Shown: positions 28,031-37,046, counted from the stretch's first letter. The stretch is 64,000 nucleotides of DNA from Dehalococcoidia bacterium (GCA_963662615.2 CAXXSR010000001.1:736001-800000); one strand, 5' to 3'. Translations and numbers: made by a program. The notes: generated by a model not told the origin, from the sequence alone.

Positions 28031-28069
28031 TGGCGCCGCCGGGCAGAATCGAACTGCCGGCACCGCGAT
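28031..28069 (-). repeat. tRNA-Phe 3'-half remnant (att-like), proximal copy
   Basis: tggcgccgccgggcagaatcgaactgccggcaccgcgat matches 29176-29214 at 35/39; similarity ends in the anticodon loop. Confidence 0.87.
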
Positions 28070-28168
28070 GGGCGCGGCCCGCGGCCGGCGGGCACGAATG
28101 CGTGCCGGGTGATCGAGCGGGTGCTGGCTCGCGTACAACTGGACAGAGAAATGGAGAGTGAGGCCAGG

Positions 28169-28885
28169 ATGTCCCAACGATTCCGCAACCGCGTCCTTCC
28201 CTTCGCGCTGCTCGTGCTTGTGCTGAGCGCGGCTTCAGCAGCAACGGCGGCCGTGTCCAATGACTCGCGCCCCGCTGCGGGGGCGACTCCGCCTGCCACC
28301 CAGGTGGGCAGCGTGGTGATCTCCGCCGTCACGGTGGCCGGCGCCGGAAGCGCCCTCAGCGTCACCAACCTTGGCGGCGACGCCGTGGATCTCACCGGCT
28401 GGTTCGTCTGCAACGCGCCCGGCTACTGGCCGCTTCCTGCACGTACGCTGGCAGCGGGCGAGTCCTTCACCATCCATGCCGGGAGCGGCGCCGACACGGA
28501 CACGGACGTGTACGCGGCGGGGGGCTTCGGCAGCCTGGATGATATTGGCGAGGTGGCTCTCTACACGCAGCCCCAATTCGAGGACCCCGGCAGCATTGTC
28601 GCCTACGTAGGCTGGAACGGCGGCAAGGTGCGCAAAGGCGTCGCGCAGGCCGCCGGTATCTGGGGCGACGCCGACGTCACGCTGGCGCTCGGCGACACGA
28701 TCGTGCGAACCGGCTCTGCGCCCGACGCCAGCGCCTACTCGGTCGCGGTCGAGGGACTGCCCGCCACGGGCTCGGGCGGGCTCGCCGACGCCGGCGCTTC
28801 CGCCGGCTGGCTGTGGGGGATCGTGGCGGCCGTGGCAGCGGCCGGTCTCCTGATCGCCGCCCGGCGCGTGATCCGTCGCGACTGA
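28169..28885 (+). CDS. Secreted lamin-tail-domain-like protein with LPATG sorting signal
   Basis: Signal peptide; VVISAV...NLGGDAVDLTGWFVC...LAAGESFTIH; LPATGSGGLA + TM + RR..RR. Confidence 0.8.
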   Translation: MSQRFRNRVLPFALLVLVLSAASAATAAVSNDSRPAAGATPPATQVGSVVISAVTVAGAGSALSVTNLGGDAVDLTGWFVCNAPGYWPLPARTLAAGESFTIHAGSGADTDTDVYAAGGFGSLDDIGEVALYTQPQFEDPGSIVAYVGWNGGKVRKGVAQAAGIWGDADVTLALGDTIVRTGSAPDASAYSVAVEGLPATGSGGLADAGASAGWLWGIVAAVAAAGLLIAARRVIRRD

Positions 28886-29175
28886 CCCCAGGCGGTGTGG
28901 TCGCGCGGGGCAGGCATCGGATTCTTCCCGCCTCCTCGGCAGGCCGGGCGCTAGCGAGCGCCTGCTCCCGCTGAATTCGGGCGGAGTCGTTTGAGTCGGC
29001 TCGCCGCACCGTAATTGGGCGGGGAGAGCAGAAGGCCCGCTGCCTGCCTCCGGGGGGCTCTCAGGACTGACGGTCGAGCCGCCAGACCTCGCGTCTGGGA
29101 GCCGCTGGGAGTAGGAGCGCGGCACCGCCCCCTGAGCGAACGAAATTGCAGCGAGGGCGGCCGCTCACGCGAAAG

Positions 29176-29251
29176 TGGTGCCGAGGGGCAGAATCGAACT
29201 GCCGACACCGCGATTTTCAGTCGCGTGCTCTACCGACTGAGCTACCTCGGC
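29176..29251 (-). tRNA. tRNA-Phe (GAA)
   Basis: GCCGAGGTAGCTCAGTCGGTAGAGCACGCGACTGAAAATCGCGGTGTCGGCAGTTCGATTCTGCCCCTCGGCACCA. Confidence 0.97.
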
Positions 29252-29320
29252 CCGTCTTCCGCATTTCATCGGACCGCGGCCGAGCCGTCAACCATCGATC
29301 GTGAAACGCCCCACCCCGCC

Positions 29321-29647
29321 TCAGGGGCGAGCGCAGTCAGGGAGCGGCTCGCCAACCTGCGCCGATTGCCAGCAGTTCCGCTCCGAGATCAGCCTTCCGC
29401 CAATGGTGAACACGTAGGGCCGTTGCCACCGATCCCTGGCTCCGTTCGGCGCCACGTACTCGATCGTCAGCATCGAGCCGCCCAGCACCGGGTCAACCTG
29501 GGTGGCCACCACGGTCCAGGGCTCCAGCTCCGTTGCGTCCTCCGCCAGAGTCGCCTCGTCCTGCTCTAACTCGGCCCCCAATTGGCAGGCCGACGCCAGC
29601 GCAATCACGGCCAAGACGAAACCCGCGAGCGCGACCTGTCGGATCAT
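29321..29647 (-). CDS. Hypothetical lipoprotein
   Basis: Signal peptide ending LASAC; C-terminal CW..AQVGEPLPDCAR. Confidence 0.7.
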   Translation of the reverse strand: MIRQVALAGFVLAVIALASACQLGAELEQDEATLAEDATELEPWTVVATQVDPVLGGSMLTIEYVAPNGARDRWQRPYVFTIGGRLISERNCWQSAQVGEPLPDCARP

Positions 29648-29804
29648 CAGTCGAATTCTAGTTCACCGCGCGGGACAACGCCGAGGGCGCAAGAGTCGGA
29701 AGCGAGGGGCGCGGAGCCTGCACGACCGAAGCCTGCACCGCCGCGCCCGACCATCCCTGCGGCACGCGCACCAGCCCCCTCGCCGCCCGGCAACGAGCGC
29801 CGGC

Positions 29805-31043
29805 CTAGCCCTTGCGCGCCGGCTCCTTGCTCCAGACCCCCAGCCGCTGCAGCGTCGCGATCTCGTCGTCCGACTTTCCCAGCAGCTCTTTCAGCACCTC
29901 CTCCGTGTGCTGGCCCAGCAAGGGAGCGGGTCCCGTGATACGCGCGGGCGTCTTGGAGAGACGAATCGCCGGACCGGGGTAGAGGGCGCTCCCCATGACG
30001 GGGTGTTCGACGGCGACATGGAAGCCGCGGGCCTGGAGGTGAGGGTCGGCCAGGATCTCCGACGCTGACAGCACCGCGCCCGCTGCCACGCCGGCCGATT
30101 GCAACTCCTCCATCGCCTCCCGATGCGATCGCGACGCCGTCCACGCGCCCACACGCTCGTCAATGAGGTCGTGGGCGGCCCGCCGGCCCTCCAGCGTCTC
30201 CAGCAGCGGCTCTCGCGCCCACTCGGGATCGCCCAGCGCCGCGCGCAGCCGCGGCCAGTCGGCATCATCCCGACAGGCGATCACGACAAAGCGGTCGCTC
30301 CCGTTGGCCGACCGGCAGGGATAGACCCCGTGCGGCGCCATGGACGGGTGCCGATTGCCATAGCGCCGCGGATTGCGTCCCGTCGCCGCGTATTCCAGCA
30401 GCCGGTCCGCCCCGTGCGGGATGGCCGTCTCCAGCTCGCTCAACGCAATATGGCGCCCCTGTCCCGTACGCCGGCGCTCTCGGATCGCGGTGAGCACGGC
30501 GAACGCACCCAACGCTCCCGAGGCAGGGTCGCCGTAGGCATTGGTCGTGAGCAGCGGCGGCCCGTCGGGGTAGCCGTTCGTGGCCGTGATGCCGGCCATC
30601 GACTCCACCGTCGTGCCAATGGCCACGTAGTCCTTCTCCGGACCGCTGTCCCCAAACGCCGACAGCGAGAGCAGCACCAAGCGCGGATGGCGCGCGGTCA
30701 GGCCGGCGGGCTCCAGACCAAGTTTCCGCACGACGCGGGGCGGGTAGTTCTCCACCAGCACGTCCGACATCGCCAGCAATTCGTGGAAGAGCGACTGCCC
30801 CTCCGGGATCTGCAGGTCGATGGTGATACCGCGTTTGTTGCGATTGATCGAGTTGTGGTTGGGCGCCGACTCGTGGCGCTGGTCCCCCGGCTGCGCGTCG
30901 GGGTGCGGCGAGCCGCGCCACCAGTCGTAGTAGCGCGCCGCCTCGATCTTGATTACCTCCGCCCCAAACAGCGACAGCATGTAGGCCGCCATCGGGCCCG
31001 CCCACCCCTGCGACAGATCGAGCACGCGCATGCGCTCAGCCAT
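29805..31043 (-). CDS. Family III CoA-transferase (CaiB/BaiF), Asp-bearing subunit
   Basis: RVLDLSQGWAGP, GAEVIKIE, NRNKRGITIDL, ENY, AYGDPASG, APLLGQHT. Confidence 0.92.
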   Translation of the reverse strand: MAERMRVLDLSQGWAGPMAAYMLSLFGAEVIKIEAARYYDWWRGSPHPDAQPGDQRHESAPNHNSINRNKRGITIDLQIPEGQSLFHELLAMSDVLVENYPPRVVRKLGLEPAGLTARHPRLVLLSLSAFGDSGPEKDYVAIGTTVESMAGITATNGYPDGPPLLTTNAYGDPASGALGAFAVLTAIRERRRTGQGRHIALSELETAIPHGADRLLEYAATGRNPRRYGNRHPSMAPHGVYPCRSANGSDRFVVIACRDDADWPRLRAALGDPEWAREPLLETLEGRRAAHDLIDERVGAWTASRSHREAMEELQSAGVAAGAVLSASEILADPHLQARGFHVAVEHPVMGSALYPGPAIRLSKTPARITGPAPLLGQHTEEVLKELLGKSDDEIATLQRLGVWSKEPARKG

Positions 31044-32265
31044 CGCGCACCTCTGGCGACTCCGCGCTCGCCGCCTCCGCGATCCCCGCCGCCGCCAGCA
31101 CCGCGCGCGTGTGCTCCCCCAGCGACGGCGCCGGCGCCAGCCCCCGCCCGCCCTCCAGCGAGCCCGCCAGCCGAAACGGCAACCCCGGCACGCGCACGGT
31201 GCGCTCCCCAACCGGCAGCGCGTCCCAGTAGTCGCGCGCTTCCAACTGCGGCGATGCGTACACCTGCGCCGCCGTGGGCACGAAATTGAACGGCAACCCC
31301 CGCCCCTGCGATGCGTGGTAGAAGGAGACGGCATCTTGACGCCGTGTCCACCCGCCCACCAGCGCGTCCAGCGCCTCGGCGTTCGCTTCACGCGCCTCGG
31401 GCGAGCGGAACCGCGGATCGTCCCGCAGCTCTGGCCGGCCCATCGCTTCGAAGAGTCGGCCCAAGTGCCACGACAGCAACACGTGCACGCCGCACCAGCC
31501 GTCGCGCGCCGGCTGGATCCCCACCAGCGGGATGAGCGACGAGAAGGAGCGTCCGGCGCGCTCCCGCTCCACACCCGTGTACTGGAAGCGGACGGTATCG
31601 AACATCGCCGCCGCCGCAATCGCCTCCTGCGCCGCCACCTCAACGGCCTGGCCGCCCACCTCGTCCACGGCCTCCAGCGCCGCCATCGTCCCCACCGCTC
31701 CGTACACCCCCGTCATGAACAGCCCCAGCGCGGACCCCGTGATCACGGGCGGGCGCTCGCGCTCCCCCATCGCGTGGACCCAACCGCCCAGCGCCTGCAG
31801 CACGCCGAACGTCGCCTCGTAGCCCGCATAGGGGCCGTCCTGTCCGAACGGCGTGATCGACGTGCACACCAGACGCGGCAACGACGCCTCTAGCGACGCC
31901 TGATCGAGCCCGCGCGATCGCATCCCACCGGGCGCCGCCGAATCCAACAGCACGTCGGCCCCGGCCAGCAGTCGCCGCAAGCTGCGGACGCCCCCGGTCG
32001 ACTCCAAGTCCAGCGCCACCGACTGCTTGCCGCTGTGCAGCCAGTTGAACAGGAGGGAGCGTTCGGGGCCGGGCTCATCATCCAGGAACGGGCCCGCCGA
32101 GCGCAGCGGATCGCCCCACGGGGGCTCCACCTTCACTACCGTCGCGCCGTATTGGGCCAGCAGCTTACTGCAGAATCCGCCCGCAATGCCGCTGCTGGCG
32201 TCAATGACCCGCAGAGGGGCGAGCGGCAGCTCCATCGTGCTCGTGCTGGCGGACTCAGGGCTCAC
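31036..32265 (-). CDS. Family III CoA-transferase paralogue (probable non-catalytic subunit)
   Basis: GATVVKVEPPWGDPLR, KQSVALDL, SITPFGQDGPY, APSLGEHT; no Asp at the usual catalytic position; start 32265 or 32235. Confidence 0.88.
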   Translation of the reverse strand: MSPESASTSTMELPLAPLRVIDASSGIAGGFCSKLLAQYGATVVKVEPPWGDPLRSAGPFLDDEPGPERSLLFNWLHSGKQSVALDLESTGGVRSLRRLLAGADVLLDSAAPGGMRSRGLDQASLEASLPRLVCTSITPFGQDGPYAGYEATFGVLQALGGWVHAMGERERPPVITGSALGLFMTGVYGAVGTMAALEAVDEVGGQAVEVAAQEAIAAAAMFDTVRFQYTGVERERAGRSFSSLIPLVGIQPARDGWCGVHVLLSWHLGRLFEAMGRPELRDDPRFRSPEAREANAEALDALVGGWTRRQDAVSFYHASQGRGLPFNFVPTAAQVYASPQLEARDYWDALPVGERTVRVPGLPFRLAGSLEGGRGLAPAPSLGEHTRAVLAAAGIAEAASAESPEVRDG

Positions 32266-32317
32266 GGGTGGGCAGGCCTCACGTCGCCTTCGACACTAGG
32301 GGCCCAGAATGGTGGGC

Positions 32318-32355
32318 AAAAAGCCCGGCGCCCCTCCGCACGGAAGGACGCCGGG
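32318..32355 (-). terminator. Intrinsic terminator after the ABC substrate-binding protein gene
   Basis: Minus strand CCCGGCGTCCTTCCG-TG-CGGAGGGGCGCCGGG followed by CTTTTT. Confidence 0.75.
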
Positions 32356-32390
32356 ACCAGAGACTTAAGCTTCGGTCGATATTCCTTCCC

Positions 32391-33959
32391 TTATTCCAAG
32401 AAGCCGGGGGTGCCGGGCGGCGCCTCCGTCGGCGGCGCGGTGAACTGACAACTGAACTGAATCTCGCCCACACCGTCGAACGGCGCCGCCATGCACACTT
32501 CCGTGCCGTGCGTGACGATGTGCTGAGCATCGAACTGGAAGGTATCGGAGACCACGCCGTGGAAGACGACCTGCAGGATCGCCTCGACGATCGCGTCGGT
32601 GTCGTCCACCGTGCCGGCGTCCTGCATGGCCTGGAAGAGCATGTAGTAGTCGTCGTAGGTCAGCAGCGCCACACTGGAGAACACCCGCAGCTCATTGCCG
32701 ACCGCTTCGTACCGCTTCCAGAACGCCTTCGCCTCTTCCCTGTCCGTCTCTCCCCAGCAGAGCGGAACGCATGCCATCGCGACGGGCAGAGGCGACTCGA
32801 TCGCCTGCGCCTTGTACGCGCCGGGGTCGAGCCCGAAGAGGAAGTAGCCGGTCTTGGCCGCCTCGATCTCCAGCGCCTGCGGGATGGCGGTCAGCGCCTT
32901 CGCGGAGTCGTACCAGAAGTGGATGATGTCCGGGTCGAGTGCCTTGGCCCGCGTCAAGAACGGCGCGAAGTCCGTGGTCTCAGGCGGCCAGAAGATGATA
33001 TCCGGCACTTCCTGGCCGTTCGCTTCCAGCGCCCGCTTGTAGAACGGGCCCAGGAACTGCCCGGTGGCGTCGTTCGTCATCAAGAGCACCGAGACCTTGG
33101 CGTTCGGGTCAATGAGGTCTACGGCGCCTTTCGCCACGCTGCCGCTGCGCTGCCATTCTCGCGTCTCCGTCTGGAAGAGGTAATGGCTCTGGCCGCCCAG
33201 GACTACGTCTTCCGGCTGGAGAATCTCCTCCAGGGTGCTGGAGCCGGAGAAGTGCATCACCTTGGCGGGCTGGGTGATTTTGGAGCCGGCAATGGCGAAG
33301 TCGTGGGGGTTCGAGCCGAACTGGAACTTAATCCCCACGTCGCGCACCAGCTCCTGGGAGTGCGCCACCGACGTGTTGATGTCGGAGCGGTCATCGCGGG
33401 TGAGGAGCCTGATCTTGTAGAGCGTGTCCCCCACCAGGAAGCCCCCGTCCGGCTCGCAGATGCCCACGCTCTCGCAGTAGCCCCCGAGGTTATCGTTGAC
33501 TTCTCGCTCGATCAGCTTGGCCACGGAGTGGTACGTGTGCGCGAACACCTCGAACGAGCCCGAGTTCGGCGCCACCACGCCGATCGGGATGATCCCCGTC
33601 TTCTGCACGGTCGGCGCGTCTGCGGCCCGCGCCTCTGCGGCCCGCGCCTCCGCCTCTGCGGCCCGCGCCTCCGCCTCTGCGGCCGTCGCGCGCGCCGCTG
33701 CCGCCTCAGCCTCGGTTTCGGCCTCGGCAATGGCGGCCTGCGCCTGCTGCGCCTCCGCCCGTGCCGCCGCGGCCTCCGCCTCGGCGCTTGCTATCTCCTG
33801 TTGGGCCGCCGCCGCGTCCTGTTGGGCCGCCGCCGCCGCCGCGGGCGCTCCGTCGTCGTCGTCGTCGCCGCAGGCCGCCGCCAGCGCCAGCGCCAGGACG
33901 ACGAGGACCGTGAACAGCGACGCCCACAGCTTCCGCTTGTTTCTCGTTCGTTTCCGCAA
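32391..33959 (-). CDS. ABC transporter substrate-binding lipoprotein (LivJ/branched-chain amino acid type) with Ala/Glu-rich linker
   Basis: Lipobox LAAAC, IPIGVVAPNSG, DDRSD, TTDFAPFLTRAKALDPD, AMQDAGTVDD. Confidence 0.88.
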   Translation of the reverse strand: MRKRTRNKRKLWASLFTVLVVLALALAAACGDDDDDGAPAAAAAAQQDAAAAQQEIASAEAEAAAARAEAQQAQAAIAEAETEAEAAAARATAAEAEARAAEAEARAAEARAADAPTVQKTGIIPIGVVAPNSGSFEVFAHTYHSVAKLIEREVNDNLGGYCESVGICEPDGGFLVGDTLYKIRLLTRDDRSDINTSVAHSQELVRDVGIKFQFGSNPHDFAIAGSKITQPAKVMHFSGSSTLEEILQPEDVVLGGQSHYLFQTETREWQRSGSVAKGAVDLIDPNAKVSVLLMTNDATGQFLGPFYKRALEANGQEVPDIIFWPPETTDFAPFLTRAKALDPDIIHFWYDSAKALTAIPQALEIEAAKTGYFLFGLDPGAYKAQAIESPLPVAMACVPLCWGETDREEAKAFWKRYEAVGNELRVFSSVALLTYDDYYMLFQAMQDAGTVDDTDAIVEAILQVVFHGVVSDTFQFDAQHIVTHGTEVCMAAPFDGVGEIQFSCQFTAPPTEAPPGTPGFLE

Positions 33960-34287
33960 AGTCTCGCCTCTCTAGCTCAACTTGCGTTGACTAGCACGGG
34001 CCTCCATCGCCGCTGCGGCACGGCCCGGCTCCTGAATGATGGGGTTCCACCCGCTTGATCGTGTCCGCTGGCACCCTCCGTTCCGCGAAACGCGGTCGCG
34101 TCCTTGTCCCTCGCAATAGGCTGTCACCACGCTGCGATCTAGGCAACCCAGCTAACAGAACGCCCCACGCTTGGCAAGGGACCACCGGGCGGCGTGCCCA
34201 TTCACGATGCGCCCTCTGCATCGACGCTAGAGTGCGCCCTGGGTAGCGCTCGTCTCTCCCCACTCCGGTCGGGTTGCATGGCGGGAG

Positions 34288-35163
34288 GTGATTCCGGTGA
34301 CCTCGGTCCTCGCCAAGCGGGCTCTGCGTCCAGATGACGTCCTCTTCATCTGCGATTTCACGCCTCCGCGCAGCGCCGATCCGGATCGGCTCGAGCCCGC
34401 CCGCCATCTGGACGCCGATTTCATCTCCGTCGCCTACAACCCCGGCAAGAGCGTCCGCGTCACCTCGGTCGCTGCGGCCGCCTGGATCATGCAGCGTGCT
34501 GGCAAAGAAGTCGTCTTCACCCTCGCCACCCGCGACATGAACAAGCTGGCGGTGCAGAGCCTTCTCCTGGGGGCCGCGCTTTGGGGCTTGGAGAACGTGG
34601 TCATCGTCCAAGGCGACGCCTTCACTGAAAAGGAGTTGACCGCGGTCAGCGCCGTGGACGACTTTCGCCCCACGGAGCTGATCCGCTCCGTCCTGGCGCT
34701 CAACGACGGCCGTGACTACAAGGGCGGCAAGCTTCCCGACCCCACCAACCTCTGCGTCGGCGCCACCATCGACCTCGGCGACGACCGCGAGCGCCAGGCG
34801 CAGCTCAGCCATCGCAAGGTCCAGGCCGGCGCCCAGTTCTTCCTCCTCCAAGCCCTCTTTGATCCGCTCCACCTGGAGCAGTTCCTGGACCTGTACGCGC
34901 GCGTCGCCGGCGAACCGCTCGCCGTCCCGCTCTTCGCCGGCATCCAGATCCTCACGCCGGACAGCCTCGTCTTCGGCCCGGTGCCTGCATGGATCACGGA
35001 CGACCTCGCCACGGGCCGGCCGGGCGAGGAGATCGCCGTCGCCCTCGTGCATCAATTCATCGACAGCGGCTTCAAGTCCATCTACCTGATCCCGCCCATC
35101 CTTCGTGGCGGACGCCGTGACTACCCGGCCGCCCAACGCGTCTTGGCGGCGTTTCGCGGCTAG
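34288..35163 (+). CDS. metF: Methylenetetrahydrofolate reductase-like protein
   Basis: DFTPPR, AYNPG, TRDMNKLAVQSLLLGA..GLENV...GD, KVQAGAQFFLLQ. Confidence 0.8.
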   Translation: MIPVTSVLAKRALRPDDVLFICDFTPPRSADPDRLEPARHLDADFISVAYNPGKSVRVTSVAAAAWIMQRAGKEVVFTLATRDMNKLAVQSLLLGAALWGLENVVIVQGDAFTEKELTAVSAVDDFRPTELIRSVLALNDGRDYKGGKLPDPTNLCVGATIDLGDDRERQAQLSHRKVQAGAQFFLLQALFDPLHLEQFLDLYARVAGEPLAVPLFAGIQILTPDSLVFGPVPAWITDDLATGRPGEEIAVALVHQFIDSGFKSIYLIPPILRGGRRDYPAAQRVLAAFRG

Positions 35164-35167
35164 CGCC

Positions 35168-35190
35168 GTCCTTCCCGTTACGGGAAGGAC
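35168..35190. terminator. Strong hairpin after the metF-like gene (no U tract)
   Basis: GTCCTTCCCG-TTA-CGGGAAGGAC. Confidence 0.5.
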
Positions 35191-35309
35191 CGACGCCGGC
35201 GCCACCGGCCAACGACGGCAAGCGCGCCGACACCCGACCGGCCTACACTGATCGGCGCCCTCCTGCAGAAGGTCGCATCCGTCCCCGGCACGGAGAGGAG
35301 TCACCCCCC

Positions 35310-35810
35310 ATGACACGATTGAGCCTCCTGACCGACGAAGAGCTAGACCCCGAGCTGCGCTCCTGGCTCAACGGCACCGACAGCGACCTCTCGCTCCGGG
35401 CCTATGCGCACGCCCCGGAGCTGCTCAAATCCTTCACCGCCTTTTTCAAGCCGCTGCGATTCGGCGGCCGTCTGGAGCCGGAGCTGAAGGAGCTGCTGCG
35501 GCTGAAGGTCGCGGAGCTCAACGACTGCTCCTTCTGACTGCGGCAGCGCGCTTCTCTGGACGAGAAGCAACTCGCCGACGAGGACAAGGCCTGCAAGCTG
35601 TCCAACTTCGAGAACGAGGATTTCAGCGAGCGAGAGAAAGTGGCGCTCCGCTTCAGTGAGCGTTTCGTCCTGGAGTCCCACGGCGTTGACGACGCGCTCT
35701 ACGCCGACCTCCGCCGCCATTTCAGCGAACCCGAGATTGTGGAGCTGGGCTGGGCCGTCGGAAGTTTCCTCTTCCGGGGCCGGCTCAACGTCGCCTTTGG
35801 CTTGGAGTAG
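35310..35810 (+). CDS. AhpD/carboxymuconolactone decarboxylase-like selenoprotein (CxxU; UGA at 35535-35537)
   Basis: LKELLRLKVAELNDCSF-UGA-LRQR...FSEREKVALRF...LRRHFSEPEIVEL...RLNVAFGLE*; the family fold continues in frame past the UGA; hairpin downstream. Confidence 0.82.
35541..35577 (+). other. Putative bacterial SECIS element
   Basis: GCTTCTC-TGGAC-GAGAAGC apical hairpin (35550-35568), loop starts 19 nt after the UGA; lower CGGC/GCCG pairing. Confidence 0.65.
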
Positions 35811-35912
35811 CCGCGCCGCCAACAGCCGCATCGCCGTCGCCACCGGCGGCATCCGCCGCATCCTGCGCTGGCTGCAAACGTGTGGCGAGCCCGCCGCCGC
35901 CGCCAGCGCTGT

Positions 35913-36115
35913 CGGCTAACCTGCCCCCTGCTCGGCGACGCGCGCTGTGACGCCGGGCCGCGGCGGTGAGCGGATCGGCGCCGGCGAGCGGCCCAGAGAC
36001 GGAGCCGCTTCGAGCGCAGGACCGGAGTGCGGGAAAGTTCGAACAAGCGCGCTTTGACAACGGACCGCAGTGCGACCACGCTGGCACCCATGGTCCGCAT
36101 CGCGTTCCTGGCGAT
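35913..36115 (+). repeat. 203-bp direct repeat copy A (promoter + first codons of TPR gene 1)
   Basis: Aligns without gaps to 37168-37370. Confidence 0.9.
36054..36082 (+). promoter_or_regulatory. Sigma70-type promoter, probably leaderless (second copy at 37309-37337)
   Basis: TTGACA-17 nt-CACGCT, ATG 7 nt downstream, no RBS. Confidence 0.55.
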
Positions 36116-37046
36116 GTCCGCGCTGGTGCTTCTCACCGCCTGCTCCTTCGGCCTCAGCGAGGCTGAGAAGCGCTACAACAAAGGAGTCGATCACGACGAC
36201 GACGGGCGCTGGCAGGAAGCCATCGCCGAATACGATGCTGCGATCGAGCTCGACCCTGAGTTCGTTGAAGCCTACGTAAACCGCAGCGCCTCGAACTTCA
36301 ATCTCGGCCGCCACGACGAGGCGATCCGCGATGCGACCACGGCTATCGACCTCGATCCCGACGATGACAATGTGCTGGCGCAAGCCTACGTCAACCGATC
36401 AGCCGTCTTGGGTGACCGCCCCGCAGAGGCGCTCGCCGATGACGACGCCGCCATCGCGCTTGAGCCGTCCGATCTGAACATCCTCGCGCAAGCTCACGCG
36501 AACCGCGCTCTCGACCTGGGTGCGCTCGGACGAGGTGATGAAGCGATCAGGGCCGCGACCACGGCCATCGATCTCCAGCCGGACGACGTCAATGTCCGGG
36601 CGCAAGCCCTCCTGGCCCGCTCCTTTGCCTTGAGCGACCGCCCCGAACAGGCGCTCGCCGATGACGACGCCGCCATCGCGCTTCAGCCGTCCGATCTGAA
36701 TGTCCTGGCGCAAGCTCACGCCTACCGGGCCTATGACCTGGTCGCGCTGGGACGGAGCGATGACGCAATCAAGGCCGCGACCACGGCGATCGAACTCCAG
36801 CCGGGCGACGTCAATGTCCTGGCGCGATCCTACCTCGCCCGTTCAGCCGCCATGGGCGATCGCTACGAAGAGGCGCTGGCCGATGACGACGCGGCGATCA
36901 CGCTTGAGCCGACCGACGTGAGCGTCCTCGCGGAAGCCTACTTCTATCGTGCGGCGGACCTGTCGAGCCTCGGACGAGAAGGAGAAGCAGAACTTGCACT
37001 TGCCAAGACTTGCGAGCTGGGATTCAATGATGCCCCCGTGTGCTGA
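36090..37046 (+). CDS. TPR-repeat lipoprotein
   Basis: Lipobox LTAC; repeated AIELDP/AIALEP..LAQAY.NR units. Confidence 0.88.
   Translation: MVRIAFLAMSALVLLTACSFGLSEAEKRYNKGVDHDDDGRWQEAIAEYDAAIELDPEFVEAYVNRSASNFNLGRHDEAIRDATTAIDLDPDDDNVLAQAYVNRSAVLGDRPAEALADDDAAIALEPSDLNILAQAHANRALDLGALGRGDEAIRAATTAIDLQPDDVNVRAQALLARSFALSDRPEQALADDDAAIALQPSDLNVLAQAHAYRAYDLVALGRSDDAIKAATTAIELQPGDVNVLARSYLARSAAMGDRYEEALADDDAAITLEPTDVSVLAEAYFYRAADLSSLGREGEAELALAKTCELGFNDAPVC

Noticed and set aside
11276-29251. One 18-kb genomic island from the integrase stub to tRNA-Phe
   Set aside because: I found no tRNA-Phe att copy near 11.3 kb and the stub is at the far end from the tRNA; the region looks like a mosaic of separate events.
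29805-31643. 612-aa CoA-transferase with long N-terminal extension (likewise 559..1641 for the SnoaL gene)
   Set aside because: The extensions overlap neighbouring real genes and are low-complexity; true starts are at 31043 and 945.
33960-34290. SAM or SAH riboswitch upstream of the metF-like gene
   Set aside because: No recognisable SAM-I (AUC..GAG, GCAACC...GUGC) or SAH (GAGGAGCG...AGGCUC) architecture.
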